A stretch of 60,303 nt of DNA, filler included, from Sphacelaria rigidula (taxonomy: Eukaryota), in the NCBI GenBank assembly GCA_964200075.2. It is 10 parts of 10 records of this genome, joined end to end, with 100 filler letters (N's around TTAATTAATTAA, not from the genome) between each part and the next. Parts side by side here need not be neighbours in the genome. Positions count along the whole stretch, not along the records: positions 24,165 to 30,104 come from CAXNAA020023322.1; positions 30,205 to 36,144 come from CAXNAA020023323.1; positions 36,245 to 42,184 come from CAXNAA020023324.1; 7 more parts are not named here. One strand, 5' to 3'. The notes under the pieces were generated by a model. That model saw only the letters and a program-made list of their open reading frames with translations, was not told where the DNA came from and ran no database searches. How positions within the stretch are numbered: position 1 is the stretch's first letter; each line of letters starts with the position of its first letter. Positions 24,165 to 38,375 of the stretch are shown in pieces. The position numbers and the translations under genes were made by a program.

Positions 24165-27100
24165 CGACCGCATGTGAGCGCACACCATCAAGCGCGTTTG
24201 TAGAGCCTTATCATCCGACGGCATCCACAAAACATCGCTACGGCCAACACGCACGCGAAACAAACCATCGTCAGCCAAGGTAGCTGGACCGCAAGTCGTA
24301 GGAAAAGAATGAACGCCGTCGCCGACTGCTTTGCGCTGCGCGGTACGAATGACATCTAACAAGGGCAGCGAAACATCGGCATCACACGGGCTGTACACGG
24401 CAACAGAACGAACAGGCACGGTAGGAACCTTCACCCAGCGAGATAACAAATCTCCCCAACAATTGCGCTCTCCAGGAATGTGTTCAATAGCATACCGGTA
24501 TTGGCCCAGTACTCCTTTCCAATTTTCAAGCCGTGGTGTCATGGCCTTCGTCACCGACGTGACACACTCTTCGGGATTAAAAATGTACTTGAGATTGCGA
24601 TGATCGGTGAAAATGCGGACACCACCCCATATCAAGTGCTCTAGCCTTCGAAATGCATTATTATCGCGAAACCTTCCTTGTCCACTGTCGCCCACCGCAA
24701 CTGTGAACCAGTAAGACTACCACTCAGAAAAGCCAACGGTTCGTGTGACATGTTTCGAGCGCAATGCCACTACTAAACTCTGCGACAGGCACTTGCGTCA
24801 AAAAACTACCCCAGTGAAACTCCGAAGCATCCGGAAACATGAGAACAACGCACCCTGGACGAGGATGATACAGCGGCATCGCTTGCGCCACCAAATCTTG
24901 TGCAGCACGCCATGCCCGCAAACGATCCTCTGTCCAAGCATCCTCCGAAATGGTACGATTACGCGCCACCCGGTTGGTCCTACGCGGAGCCCCGGCCACG
25001 AGTTGTTCCAGAAATACTCGAAGCGGAGCAACTACTTCCGCCATGCGCGGGAGCGAAGTCCGCAACCATTTCGCCGCCTGCAGAAATTGCATCAGCTCAC
25101 TAGCGTTTTGAGGACGTCGCATATTGCTCAAACCTTGAACACGAACGGGATCATGCGAAACAGTACCCTTAGAGTACACCTTACCACACCAAACCACTTC
25201 GCGTGCGAAAAAAGTACACTTATGCGCAGCGACGAACAGACCAACACTCCCCAAGCGGCCAAGAATTTCGTCAAGCAAAGCTAACAGTGTTTTTTCGGTC
25301 ACAGCATAATAGAAAACGTCATCCACCCACACATTACAACCTAGACCTCGCAAAATGTCGGTCAGCACACCTTGGAAATACGCCGTGGCGTTCAACACGC
25401 CTGCGGGACACGAGTAAGCGTAAACAAACCGTCCTGCGTGACGATCGTGAAGATTTTCTGAGCCTCCGGCGCCAGAGGCATCTGCCAATACCCCTGTAGC
25501 ATGTCCAAGTTGCCGAAGCATTGGGCTCCCAGCAACTCCCGCATGTCTTCTTGGCTTGGCATCACCCCCGGAGACTGTTCCACTTACGCGTTCACCGTCT
25601 GATATTCTCTGACCAAACGAAATGTGTCCCTTTTCGGCACCGCCATCGCCGGACTCGCCCACACAGCCTGGATGTTCCTCACCACAAACCGAACACCACC
25701 AAAGCTGCGATGCATGAGGCAAGCCACCCGGTCTTCACCGGATCGTACCGTCTGGGCTTGACCTTCACCGCCTTTGCCTGGGGCTTGAGCTGCACCCTTA
25801 AAGGTTTAACGCGCGCTGGCGGATCACCACGCAGCGCACGGCGAGATGTATCTACGCGACGAGCCAGAATATCGCGCAGACAATGGGCGCCATCGGTGCT
25901 CACGCCCTTCTGCTCGGCCTGCCGCACACTATCCTCAAGCGCACGCTCCCGTGCCCCTCTCTCCTCTGCTGGGTCCATGAACATATCAGGCCCCCGATCG
26001 ACCAAGCGCTCTACTGCTTCATCAGCAGGAGCCTCCTCCTCACAGGCGCTTTGGAATGACCGTATGGATACGATCACACGCCTTGCAGCAAGGAAATTGG
26101 GGTTTTCCACGCCAGTTTGCAACGGCACAGCACATGGACGTAACTTCTCCAACGTCTGCGGATACATTCCCAGCTCCTTGATTGTCGCCATCCCAAAGAG
26201 AACCACGTTGTCCCTACCAAGCATGTCAGCGAAAGTAATAGGCTGCAACTGCACCGCCCCCCGCGGCGTGCGCACGCTAACAGCAATTGGCACTGTTTTG
26301 TGTGTAACCGTCAAGGGAGCACCCGTGGTGGTCTGCGCCGTTTGCGGTCCGTTTTCAAACGGAATCCGAAGCTGAGCGCCGCCAAACTGCGAAGACATTT
26401 GCTCAAGCAACCCCACACCAATCGACGTGAGAGCGGACCCAGAATCTAGAATAACGCTGGCCATAAACGAACCTACAGAACCAGGCAAGGCTAAATCTGC
26501 ACGTAAGCATTCACCCTTGCGATCGACAGGTACTACGCCTGCCGAAGAACCCTGTTCTGTTTCAATAGTCACCTGACGCCAGGGCTGCCCTCCAGCACTT
26601 GGCATCGATAGCTGCGAATCGTCGGTCCAACCAGACCACGTCGCCGACTATGCAGACGGCGCTGTAACCGCCGTCGCAGCCGTAGGGAATGCGCCAGACA
26701 CGAGTCCTGCCTGGCCGATGGGTTGCGAGCTATTCGCTCCAGCACTCCCCACCGAAGTATTTCTGTTTCCCACGTACACTGTCCGCCCCGCTACGGACGA
26801 ACCAGAAAATCCAGAGTCACCACCTGATGACGTAGTGGAAGGACAGCAGCGGAGAAACCAGCATCCGTCGCCGATTGCTTGCTGCCGCGGCCGCCGCGCC
26901 CGCGTCCCTGATTGGCACGGCCCCGTCCACCGTGACGACCGCCCCGGGATCCTGATAAATCTAGTGCATTGCCCTGTGCAGCGCCTTGAGCGCGAGGCTT
27001 GGGGCAGTCCTTGATCATATGTCCGGTGTCGCCGCAGTTATAACACGTGCGAGTGGACGACTCTCGCGAAGACGGCTGCTGTTTTTGTTGCTGTTGCTGT

Positions 27101-28389
27101 TTGCGGCGCATACCACCTGCACTTGTTGCAGAGTCGCGCCGGCCATGTGCTTCAATGAACTTCCACTGGTCGGCCGCCTCAAAAATATTCTTGAACACCA
27201 CCGTCGGGTTCTTTTTCTAGCCGTCAACATACGTTAGTACACTTTTAACATGCGCCTTGAAGTCCGGGGGCGAAATCCCATCCACCAAAGCTATGGACAC
27301 CGACTCGGCCGGGCCAGGCAACCAACTCCTATCCTCCGCACGGTACCTTGCTTGCACCATCAAATTTTCAGCAAAAATATGTTCCATGTCTAAGCTAACC
27401 ATCATAGCATGATCCTTCACGGACTTTCCATCGCTCTGCTTCATTGTAAGTACCCTACGTAGGTCTGCTGCAGCCCGCGTAGCGTCATGCTTTCCACCAG
27501 CTGTCGTATACCCGGCATGCGGCTTCACAGCATCAAGCAATTCATCTGGGGTCATAGCCCGACCGTCCTTGTACATGTCTTCGAAGCGGCGGTGAATGTA
27601 GTAGGCAGGTATGAGCTGACCTATGCTCACCCTCTCATGCCGTATGATCCCTTCTGCATTGGCCAGACTCCACCTCTGTATGTATTCAACGTATCTTGCA
27701 AAAAATACGCGAGATGCCTCCTCGGTCCATACTTCACCATACTTTGGCGGCTGTAATGGCTCACCTAACACCACCGGCGCTGCCGCCGCTTGAGCCATGT
27801 CTAAACTTTAAACACTTCATGGAGATACTCTTGCCTTCCTTGTGCGTCCTCCAGCTCACGAAGCATTCTCCCAATCCTGTGCGCTTCAGGCTGCGGTCTC
27901 CTCCTGCCTTCGGGCTACTGGCTCTATGAGCTGCTGCCCAACTTTTCTCCTCAGCCAAGACTCCTCTAACAGAGTGCCGGAAGAATATCTAGATATTGAA
28001 GCCTCTGCCAGACGATCTGGACTAGAGGGCTATCCACGAGGGACTCCTCCAGTAGCACTGGCCTCGTTCTCAACAAGTCCTTTCTTCTCACTTGTTACTA
28101 TCACGGAGTGATCCAGAAGCATACCACATAAGGAGCCAGCAGCAAGGGGCCACACAGAAAAGGATCATCAATCCAGGATCCCCTGTCCCCTGCGACTGCT
28201 CCAATCATGCATGCGATTATATTGAAACCTACGGCTTGATATCATTTGGCTACAACCCAAGGGATCAACTCATCACTCCCCCAGTCCTATTTGCTCCACG
28301 CTTAACCAGCAAGGCGATATAACCCCGGGGCAATAATGTCAAATGAGTTGTTGTGCTACTTTACATGCCTCAGGACAGCATCCCGCACA
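24165..28389 (-). mobile_element. Ty3/Gypsy retrotransposon (gag, zinc knuckle, PR, RT, RH, start of IN) with several frameshifts
   Basis: gag-like ORF 27217-27798; CYNCGDTGHMIKDC knuckle; protease ILDSGS; RT LDMLQGYWQMPL, RVPQ, VWVDDV; RNase H FPDASE, FTDHRNL, HIPGERNCWGDLLSR. Confidence 0.92.
28093..28389 (-). repeat. Candidate LTR, ~297 bp
   Basis: Minus strand TGTGCGG...GTAACA upstream of gag, immediately preceded by purine-rich GAGGTAGGAGGGT. Confidence 0.35.
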
Positions 28390-28837
28390 ACCCTCCTACC
28401 TCAAAGTTGACGATCAAAGATCCATGCTCTCCCTCCGCGCTGCCAAGCACGGGAAACCCCAATCCGGGAAATTCCTGGCTGTAGCCCGAAAGAGTCACCT
28501 GAGTTAAAACAACACGCCAAACGTAGAAGCACCAAGAACACAGACACGCGCGTGTACAGGTTTGTATTTGAGATGTTCTTCATCTTGGTTTTTCCAAAAG
28601 GTATTTCGCATCCTTCCGTTTCCGTCTGATAGTACCATAGCGACAGATAATTGCTGAATAATCGGCGGCGAGCAAAATATCATCTACACGGTTGGGATTA
28701 CGTTGCGATAGGCCCAGCTGCTCCCTACTTACCTGCATATGAAGCCTTCCTACATGCGTTCCCAACACTCGAAATTCAGTTTTATTATATCTCCTCTTTG
28801 CACCTAAGTTGCTTTCTTTCATCATCATTTTTCAACT

Positions 28838-29196
28838 TGTGTGTTGTGTGTTGTGTTGTCATCCCTATTCTAGTCTGCACGCCAGTCTACACCTTTCGGC
28901 ATATGAGCACATCAGCCGGGGTCACACAGAAAGGTCAACACAGGAATGTTTATCCTGTTCCAATACTCCATCTTCTTTCTACAGTGCTCGCCTTTATTTT
29001 TATCACGAGAAGGGTTCCGCGGTCTATTACCCTTGTCGACCGTGAAGTCGAACGTGGGGTACCCACGACAAAGTCGCCCTCCACTGTTGGGCATGGAGAA
29101 AAAATCCCAGATCGTGTGACTTCGCCGAGATTGAAACCGACGTCCCAACCGTCAGAAGGTTTCGAAGTTACCAACTGAGCCACCGGGGCGACCGGC
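28838..29196 (-). mobile_element. tRNA-derived SINE family B copy
   Basis: GCCCCGGTGGCTCAGTTGG A box, GGTTTCAATC B-box-like motif, family body, (CAACA)-type tail. Confidence 0.8.
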
Positions 29197-32100
29197 TTCA
29201 CTCTGGTTTGTGTCGTTTTTTTTTTTTTTTTTCACTCCTGCTTCACGTCTTCTGCTTTCCTCCACTCTTCTTGAGCGAGTCTTTCGTCTTGTCGGGTACG
29301 TCTATCGTGTGTGATGAGTTAAAGCGCTATAATCAAACAATCAGTAAATATAACTTCACCTCCTCGTACACGAGTTGGAGGACATGAGAGAACGAAACGG
29401 GTGTGACATGAACGAGTTTGATACTTTAGATAGTAGCCAGAAAACGATTGTTGCAGGAGGAGACAGAGATGGTGGCCATGAACAGGAGAGAGATAAGATT
29501 TTTTTTTAAAAGGTCCTTGGGTAATTTATGGAAAAAATACTTGATGAGCGCCCAAATGTTGGAGGTGTCTCGTCTAGGAGCAGGAACGCTACTACGCCTC
29601 GAAAGGGGTGCGTGGTCAACGGTCGAATGACTAAGGCAAGCAACAATGACCCCCCCTTCCCCCCCTCCGCCACTTGTCGAGTTCCCTTCAGCGAGTGTTT
29701 CCGTCCATATGCCTTTGGATTTGTGAGCCTTGGGACCACGGTTAGACTCTCGGCGGATCAGGCAATGCGGGACAATCATGAAACCAACCACCCGATTAGA
29801 GACAGAATACCCCTTTTCCCAGCCGTTCCTCGGGAAAGAAAATAAAGTTGATATATCTTCGTTTTCTATTCCCACCGAATATTGAGAGAAAATACAAATT
29901 AGAAAGGGCAATATACAAAAAAGGGTAGACCCTCATGTTTTTGGAGCAAAAAAGGGTGGCGAATTTTTCGCTTTGGGGCGCGGCGCTGCACACTGGCTGA
30001 ACACCGCGAAAACACGTTCCAGCACCTCAGCTCCACGCCCAAAGTGTCTGGGCGGCATACCCGACCATTTTTTTTTCACTTTCACAAGTGTTACTGGGCT
30101 AAACNNNNNNNNNNNNNNNNNNNNNNNNNNNNNNNNNNNNNNNNNNNNTTAATTAATTAANNNNNNNNNNNNNNNNNNNNNNNNNNNNNNNNNNNNNNNN
30201 NNNNGGTTAGGGGGTGGTCCCCACCCCCCCATCCCCCCCCAAAGGGGGGGGGGGGGGGGGGGCGTACTCATTTGTTGCTTGCGTCGGGGGGGGGGAGGGG
30301 CGGGAGTGCATAATGTGACAAAATTCGAAAGCAACTGCAAAAAACATCGGATGATGTTTGCATCGCTCTCTCTTCAACATGCTCCATACTGAACCACCTG
30401 CGCCAAAACGAACGGTCGATGTGATCACCCGTCCTCCAAATCACACATCGGTGTCATTTCCGCAGTATCACCCTATTATTGATGCCGAGAGGTCATGATA
30501 TCGCTGACGACACAAGGAGTCGACAATACGTGTGTGTGCGCGCGCGCTTTACACCGTGCGCGGCGATCCCCTAAGCATGCTTCACGCACCACCTCAGCGA
30601 CAACGGCATACACACGTCCATAACGTCTTTCCTACCGGCGAGCAGAGTTGTTGATGTTTGCATCTATGACGAGCGGAGAAGACACCTCCAAGGGTAAGAA
30701 CCTGAACGCGATGCAATTACCGTGGCCTCACTTTGGATACCACTTATGATCCGATGCGATTCATACCGCATTTCACATGTTCTATAATAACACCCTTCAC
30801 CCAGATGGCAATATCTCGATCCACACAGCAACTTCGGAGACAAGTCATGTTGCTGTGTGTATCTATGACGCATGCCTACCAACGGGTTTAGCTTTTGACG
30901 GCGCAAAGCCCTGCTGTAGATGAAATACCTTGGTGTGAATGAACGTAATCTATTGCAAATATTGCATTAGCCCGACCGTTAGTATGTGTGATATTGATCT
31001 TTAACAGTGGCTAGTAGCTAGTTGTACCTGCCTGTTGAGTTTTAGCGACTTTCATTCGTGCGGTGTTAGCTTGGCATGAGTAATCTTCGATCGCATCGCC
31101 GACGGGTATAGTGGAAGATGACATTTTATTTTGTACAGATTTTGCTATCTGACTGTGCGGCTCTGGGAGGGCTATCCAACGCTGGTTTGTTGTGTGCTAG
31201 AGTGGGTGAAATTGAGCTGGAAATGATGATAATGTATATTTAGACATATAATTCAGTTATGCATCATCATAACGATCATTGTTTGCTCTGTACACTTATT
31301 TTTGACTCCGTCGCGTCTTATTTTGCGATGGTGGTGAAGAACGGGGCACTAAATGAGGCTGAGTGCTAGATCCGTGGGATTCGTCAAAGATGTACTATGG
31401 CCTACATACTTGAGTGAATATCCTTGAATCATATATCAAGAAATGATCTGTTGCTATGAACCAGGAAGAAGTGTGGTTTGTCGCTTTCTGGACCTTATAC
31501 TGTGTCCGGCGCCCTTCGATTTCGAGGGGGTGGGGAAAAAAAAAAAAATCAGTACGAAGCGAACAGCTTGCTGCTGATTGTACTGTGTACTCGCTCTAAA
31601 ACTCATCAGCTTTCGGTTCGGACTTCCAACTGGCGATGTCGGACATATCTGATGTGAGCATCATGCGTGCGGCTTGGACATATACCGTAGATATACTATG
31701 CTCTACTCTGGGCAAGACTTAGCTACATGTGTCCTTCATGTGAATACGCCTGTTTTGGTTGAAATTGTACTACTATATTTACAGTACACTACGTTACCAG
31801 ACTACAGCACCTTCAGCAGCAAAAAGCTGGTCCCGTCTGCTCGGCCTGTTAGCACCCTGGCTGTAGGGGTCGCTCTACTGCAGTGTCTTTACTGTACGCC
31901 TGTTGATACCGAGCGATTTGAGACTATTGCAGTGCAATTTTGGTGGGAAAACGGATCCTTCTTCGAATGGTACACAGTTATTGGCTGCTCAAGCCAAACT
32001 CTATGTGTTCAACGTGGTGATGCTTGTTGAACATCATAAGGAGAGTGGTCGGTTCAGTACACGACTGAGCAACCGTTGTGCCACGCACTTGCTGGAGCTT

Positions 32101-32762
32101 GACTGATAAGAGCTGGAACTGTACAGATCACCACAAGGTAGTGTCCATAGCCCAGAAGTAAAGATATCGAGACACAACAGGGTACTCTTTTCGCGTTCGC
32201 TCCTACTCTGGCGAAGCAGAGCAAATGGTCAACTGACAGTACTGCCTGTATTGACTATACCTAGCGGGTCCGGTCCCGTGCGCGCACGACCTCCCTAATT
32301 TGCTATCTCGTACATGACCTTACTGATCACTACTGTTGTCAACGTGTTCGTCCTTTTGGATCCAGATCCCTTGCATCATACCTGTAGTACAGCACTGTAC
32401 TGTACATATTTACATGTATATGACTCACTGTTGGCCTTCCACGAGTTGGTTAGTGTATGCAAGCCCCACGATGTGCCGAAGGCATTATACGGGGTATATC
32501 ACCGAGGGTATTTTGACCCCCAACCTCGAGTTCGCCTACAAACAGGCCCCCACACTACTGTATAGTCAATCCCGTTTGCCGGAAGATCTCGCAGCCGTGT
32601 ATGGCCCATCTGTTATTGTTGTTGTTGTCGTTGTTTTCACATTAAAAACCGTCCCGATATCTGCGCGGTAAGTACATTCGTACTGGGCATCTGATGCGGA
32701 CGCCTTCCGTGGTCGTTATACCGGGTGTATAACCCAGGGTGATGGGAGATGAGACACTTAAG

Positions 32763-33540
32763 GATGATTTCGTATGATCGATCCCGAATACCGAAAGATC
32801 TTGAGGAGAATTTTCTAACGAAAGAGTTTGTAGCGGCGTCATCGCCGCAGTTACGTAACCCAGGGCGATGGGAGATGAGAGACTGATTGTCGATTGATTG
32901 ATTGATTGTCGCACTTTAACTGACCCACCAGGGATCTAGCCGTGGTCTCATGATGGATGTACCCAACAAAAATGAAACTGAAACACGCTCTAAGGGAAAA
33001 AAAAAATAACAGAACAGAAAAAGGAAAAGACAGAGGGGTCGAAGAGAACGACATAGCAGACTAAGTCGCGACAAAAAAAGTAATAAAAAGTCAACACAAG
33101 CAAAGCCCAGAAAGAAATGGCCGACCTAAAACAAGAAAGAGAAAAACAAGAGGAAAGTACAAATCAAATCAAATTAAATACAATGAAACGATGGGAAACA
33201 AAACAAAAAAAAAGAGAAAAAAGAAAAGGCCTGAGGGATTCAGGGCAGCAGAGTAGATACAGACACACACCAGTGGATACCGCAGAGCCACCGACTAAGG
33301 ACATAATCAACAACCGATACGAGCAGACAGGATTTTCCGATTGGCAGCCCTCGACGCGGCAGCCTCTCGCTTGTGACGGCGGTCTGATTCTCGCCTGTCC
33401 GCGCGTCGCCACGTGTCCTCAAACTCTTCCGCTCTCTTTCACTCAACGATGATTTCGCATGATCGATCCCGAATACCGAAAGATCTCGACGAGAATTTTC
33501 TAACGACAGAGTGTGTAGTGGCGTCATCGCCGCAGTTACA
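32763..33540. repeat. ~92-bp direct repeat (32763-32854 and 33448-33539) around a retroposon 3' segment
   Basis: gatgatttcgYatgatcgatcccgaataccgaaagatct...ggcgtcatcgccgcagttac occurs twice. Confidence 0.75.
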
Positions 33541-34459
33541 TAAAAATTAGGGTCGGATTCCGTGTCGCCCCCGCGTGATCCTCCCCGTACGATAGCCTGC
33601 GGTCAGACGGGATGCTTTTGGGCAGGTATCATCTCTTCTTTTTGGTCTGCAGGTTATACTGGGTAGCGTTTTTTTGTGCGTGGCAAATCAAGCTGAGGGT
33701 GGTGGTTAAGGGTGTGTCATCATTGCCATCAGTATCAGCGACCTCTGCAGTACTGGACGGACAGGTAACATCGATGATCGTACTCGAGTAGCAACCGCTA
33801 AAACAAGCGGCTAGAATCGGCAAACTACATCCGATGAGAAGTAACGCTGAAGGAAAGTGGAGACAAACAAGTGCAACATACTCGTACCTTTCCGTTACGT
33901 CCCACTTTCCAGGACAACTCTGGTAGATTGCGCGTATTACTCCTGCGCGCCATCTCACCTGCTTTCTGCCGTTTTTTCTTGCAGTGCGAGTACTCGTGGT
34001 ATGTATAGATATTAAGCAACGTCACTTGTTTCAGCAACATGATTTTTTTCTCTGCAACACCGACGAAAATCGTGTCGAGTTTACATCTTTTTAGCGCCGC
34101 TAAAAAACGGTGAGCACTGATTATACCCCAGAGTGGCGAACAACAAGGTAGGTACGTGTATACATTATTTCTCGTCATTGACTGGGAAGAAAAAATGAAA
34201 TTTAACGCGAACAGAGTGGAACCCTACCCCAGGCAGCATTGATTTAACTCTAGGACTTGCCACGTGACTTCGGGATGGGACGAGACGGGTATTTTCGCCC
34301 CGTCCTGTCCTCACGGGAATATGTCAACCCCTAGGCATAAGCACGACGAGACATATTTTTTTATAACGCAGGAACAATCACTGCTGTTGACGTACACCAT
34401 CCGACAATAGTTGTTGAATAGACCCACAACTGCAACGTAGAAACGGTCCCGTCCCGTCC

Positions 34460-34566
34460 TTAACCCTTAGACCGCGAGATCAGTCTTTCTGGACCATGCA
34501 TACTTTTTTTTCACTTGAAATTGATGCCGATTCAACAGAAGACTAACCTCGCGGTCTAAGGGTTAA
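34460..34566. mobile_element. Complete piggyBac-like MITE, 99 bp, TTAA on both sides
   Basis: TTAA|CCCTTAGACCGCGAG...CTCGCGGTCTAAGGG|TTAA, perfect 15-bp TIRs. Relatives at 7553, 38381, ~39300, ~59400 and 60108. Confidence 0.88.
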
Positions 34567-37500
34567 GTTCCGTCACACCCCCTGGTTACTATAATTGTGA
34601 TCGTTCATGTTTTCCGTGAAATTCAAGTCAAGAAAAAATTGTGGAAGGGACCGGGGTCTGAAGAAAAAAAAAATCCACATCCCACATATGTACAGCATAT
34701 ATTCAAGTTCCCGTCCCATGTGACGGGAGTTCCCGTGAAAGAAATGGGGATTTTCCCGTGAGAACGGGACACGAACGCGTTCCCGTCGTCAAATGAATGA
34801 CGAGACAGGAAGGGATGTACGTCTGTGTAAATATATATATACTGTATATATCCGTCGCATTTAGGTGTTTTCGCGCTCAGTACCGTAGTGACTTGATCAT
34901 GCGCCTAGACCTGTCGGGGGTGCAGCGTTTGTTGTATGATGCCTTCCTCAGGAGTTGTGTACTCGAGATTACACAGCGATCAGTGCGTGCAGCTGACTGG
35001 TGATGGAAGCTGTAGCTCGTGTGGAAGGTTTTGCACTGACCCGGGGGGGGGGGGGGGTGGGAGTGGGATGATTATCGTCCCCGGGCGCGTACACAACAGA
35101 TTTTCCCTGGTGCCACTAAATGCAGATGGTGAGGAAACGAAACCACGAAAGGTGTCGTTGACGCGCATTGCACTGGAGCATCTGGCCATCTGTCTCGACC
35201 TGTCCTGCACGCTTGCTGTACTGCGGACTGGACTGGACACGACAGGACTGGACTGAATTCGTCGGCGTCGCTCACTACCGGAAAAACTGTTTAATCTGTC
35301 GGTTACACGAGACTCGCGTGTCTTTCGTGTCCGCGTACTTGCCCTTGATATTTTCATCGATTTCTTCTGCCCGTTCTTCTTTTTGCCATCCTTTTGTCCA
35401 ACAGCTGGTCACGCCTGTGTTCGGGTCCGCGGGCCCGATCGTCTCACCAGCCGTTGATCTGGATGAGGTATTCTCGGGTGAGTTAGCAGCCGAGCATGAG
35501 CTCATTATCGTGATGAACAGGGGGGAGGGAAGCGTGAGAAATACTTGAGATATTGTGCGCGGGCGCTGCAATAAAGCTTATCCATACACTCGCTGAGCCT
35601 CCAATTTTCGCACGGTGCGATGGGCGAATTTCGACCAGAGTCCAGACCCACCCGCCTCCTCTTCAGCTTTGAAGTAACAGTGTCTTTTTGAGGGTTGAGA
35701 GGGAGAACAGGTCTTGCGTGGCTTCACACTCCAGCCAAACACTTTACATGAAGTTCAGTAATAGGCTTTTGAGGCATGTAAGCGAGGCTCGAACGAGTGA
35801 TGGCTGGTTCGAATCATCAAATTTACGATTTCTGAGGCCTGAGTGCTCGAAAGAGAGACACAACGTCGACCGCGGATCGAAAACGTAACTAGGCAATTTT
35901 TGTGCTATTCCACGTGCGGTGCGCGTACCTGGGGTGCAGTGCTAAAAACAAACTCTGAGGATTGATTCGTGCGGTATGAATCCATTTGACTAGAATCAAG
36001 TAATTTTGATTTTTCAGGCAGATCATTAATCGCGGAACCCTTACATGTAAGCGTGTAAGCGGGCCCATCCTCCCCGCCCCCACCCACTCCATTCTTGTCT
36101 GGCCTTGTTTTTTTCCGAGCGCGTTTTTTTTTTTTCAACCTCTTNNNNNNNNNNNNNNNNNNNNNNNNNNNNNNNNNNNNNNNNNNNNTTAATTAATTAA
36201 NNNNNNNNNNNNNNNNNNNNNNNNNNNNNNNNNNNNNNNNNNNNCCTGGTCCGGCGAAAACCCGGCGTGCTCCGTCCCGGCTTTGTAGGGATGCGAGGTC
36301 AATGGTCTGATGATGACTATGGCATGCATGATCATGAGTCCACCCCTCCCCCCTCCCCTGTGCTATGCAAAGCTCGGCTGGGCAATTTCCGTTTGTAGAG
36401 ACGTTTCTGAATTTTCTCGTGTAGTATTGCTCCTTAGCACTCGAAAGTCTTAGCGTCGATAGATATTGGGAAAATACGCAGGTGGTGCTCAGGGCAAGAT
36501 CATCAAATGGTGTTGTCGGGGTGATGCGGAGGAAGTGCCTGGTTTTCAAGAGGGTGTCACCGACCGTCACTGGTCCAAGAAACACATTTTCTCGGCTCTT
36601 AACAGCGTAAATAGCGCAATGAATATGACAAAGTTGTAGCAAAACATTCATTTTCATTTCTTCACGAGAGCGATCAGGATTGCTTCAATTGAGCAAAAAT
36701 CCCCCGAGGATCAGAACCTGGGGTTTGGTAGTCGCAGGACTACCGAAAACAGGTCAGCCTGTAAGTCGTTCGATATTGAGTGTAGGTAGTATTTTGTTTT
36801 GGAATGTGGAGCGGATGCCTAGTATCTCCCCATCCCCCTTTCTCGGCCCTCAATCATTGGGACCAAACGTCCCCTGCGATGAGCGGTGGCACGCGAAAAC
36901 ACTTTTGAAAATTGCCGACTACAAAAATATTGCAAAAATCCCCTGTTTCAGCCGAACACAACTGTGTTTAACGATGATGAATTTTGGAAAATGTTGCAAA
37001 ATTTTCCCTGTTTCAGCCGAACACAATTGAATTCAACGACGATGAATTCTCAAGGGAATGATTTCTTGGGCGATGGCAATAGAGCATCAGCCCTTATCCA
37101 ATCAGAAAGACGAGAAAGGTCCCCCGGCTACCGGGTGCGCTTAGTACTCTACTAATGCCTCCCCAGTGCCAAACCGAGTACTATAAGGAGAGCGGGTACC
37201 CTAGATACCCTGAGACACTGTAAGTATACCTTTTCCGACAACGACTCAACGTACTCTGCCGTAATCAACGTGTTCGGCGATTGATTATGCAGATTCTCTC
37301 TGTAAAATCCGATATTTTCGGCGGTCGTTCCTGTAGGCACTCCAAGGTAGAGTTTTTTCGCCGTCTCATAAAATTGTGCACTGGTGACATCCTACGCACA
37401 GGGCTGCGGGAGAGGTGGGGCGCCTTGCCATCCCATATTGCGACCCGCCACAGAGTGTGTCGATCTTGCTACTGCTGGCCTCGACACTCTCACCGATTGG

Positions 37501-37969
37501 GACTAGTCCGATGTGTCAAACTGCGTTCACGGGAGACACCCACGGGATGACCGTAAAGTGTGTTGACACTCTCTCAATCAGTAGCGCAAGTCGTTGCAAC
37601 TTGTTTTGTAAAATCCGCCTTGTCATCTTTCCTGGAAAAAAGAGTCGAAAGCACCAAGACTGGGACTTTTGAGTAGACAAAAGCAACCGTTTGTGTCTCG
37701 TACGTCACAAGAGGTAGCGCACGAAGCGGCTTTTTTCATCCAGAATTTTCAAGGGAGGTGGCCAGCCGGGCACCAATGTTTGTCCCCGGGTCACCCTCAC
37801 AAGTGAATGAGACAATACGAAGGGGGTGGAGTTCAATAGATGACATGTCTATTGCTCAAAGCAGAGCACTTACTAGTTGGTCACTCTAGCCCGAACGGGG
37901 TTGGGGACGCTCAATCAAAAACTTTAGCCTACCGTACCTATCGTCAAATCTTTAAACCTCACTTGATAC

Positions 37970-38375
37970 GGGATTTCTCATATTTTGTACGGATCATTGT
38001 TTTGAGGATGAGCCTTGGAAACCTTCATAAGCACCGAAACATTTTCGAAACAAGCGCAAATGCACTTTCCGGATGCGATGTGTGGCCTCTCTCATCATCA
38101 AAAACAAATATTCCCGAAATGTGTAGAATCCCGTTTAAACCGGGGATTCTGAAAAATGCCAACGGGAGTTTGTACGAACAGAGGTGGAAATTATTCATCA
38201 TAAACACGGGATGTTACAAATTGCGGGTGAGGGTTTCTTCGAGGATGAGCGAGACGACACACATGACGGTCGAAAAGCGCATTTTCACGTTTTTTTCGGA
38301 AATATCGCGATGCTAATTACGGTTCTCCAGGCTCATCCTCATCAAAATATCTATCCTCATCATATAAAAATCCGT
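37970..38375. repeat. Diverged inverted-repeat element, ~400 bp
   Basis: ttttgaggatgagccttgga pairs with tccaggctcatcctcatcaaaa; inner atcccgttt pairs with acacgggat. Confidence 0.55.

Noticed and set aside
35275..35571. 98-aa minus-strand ORF as a possible exon
   Set aside because: No recognisable domain and no partner exons found.
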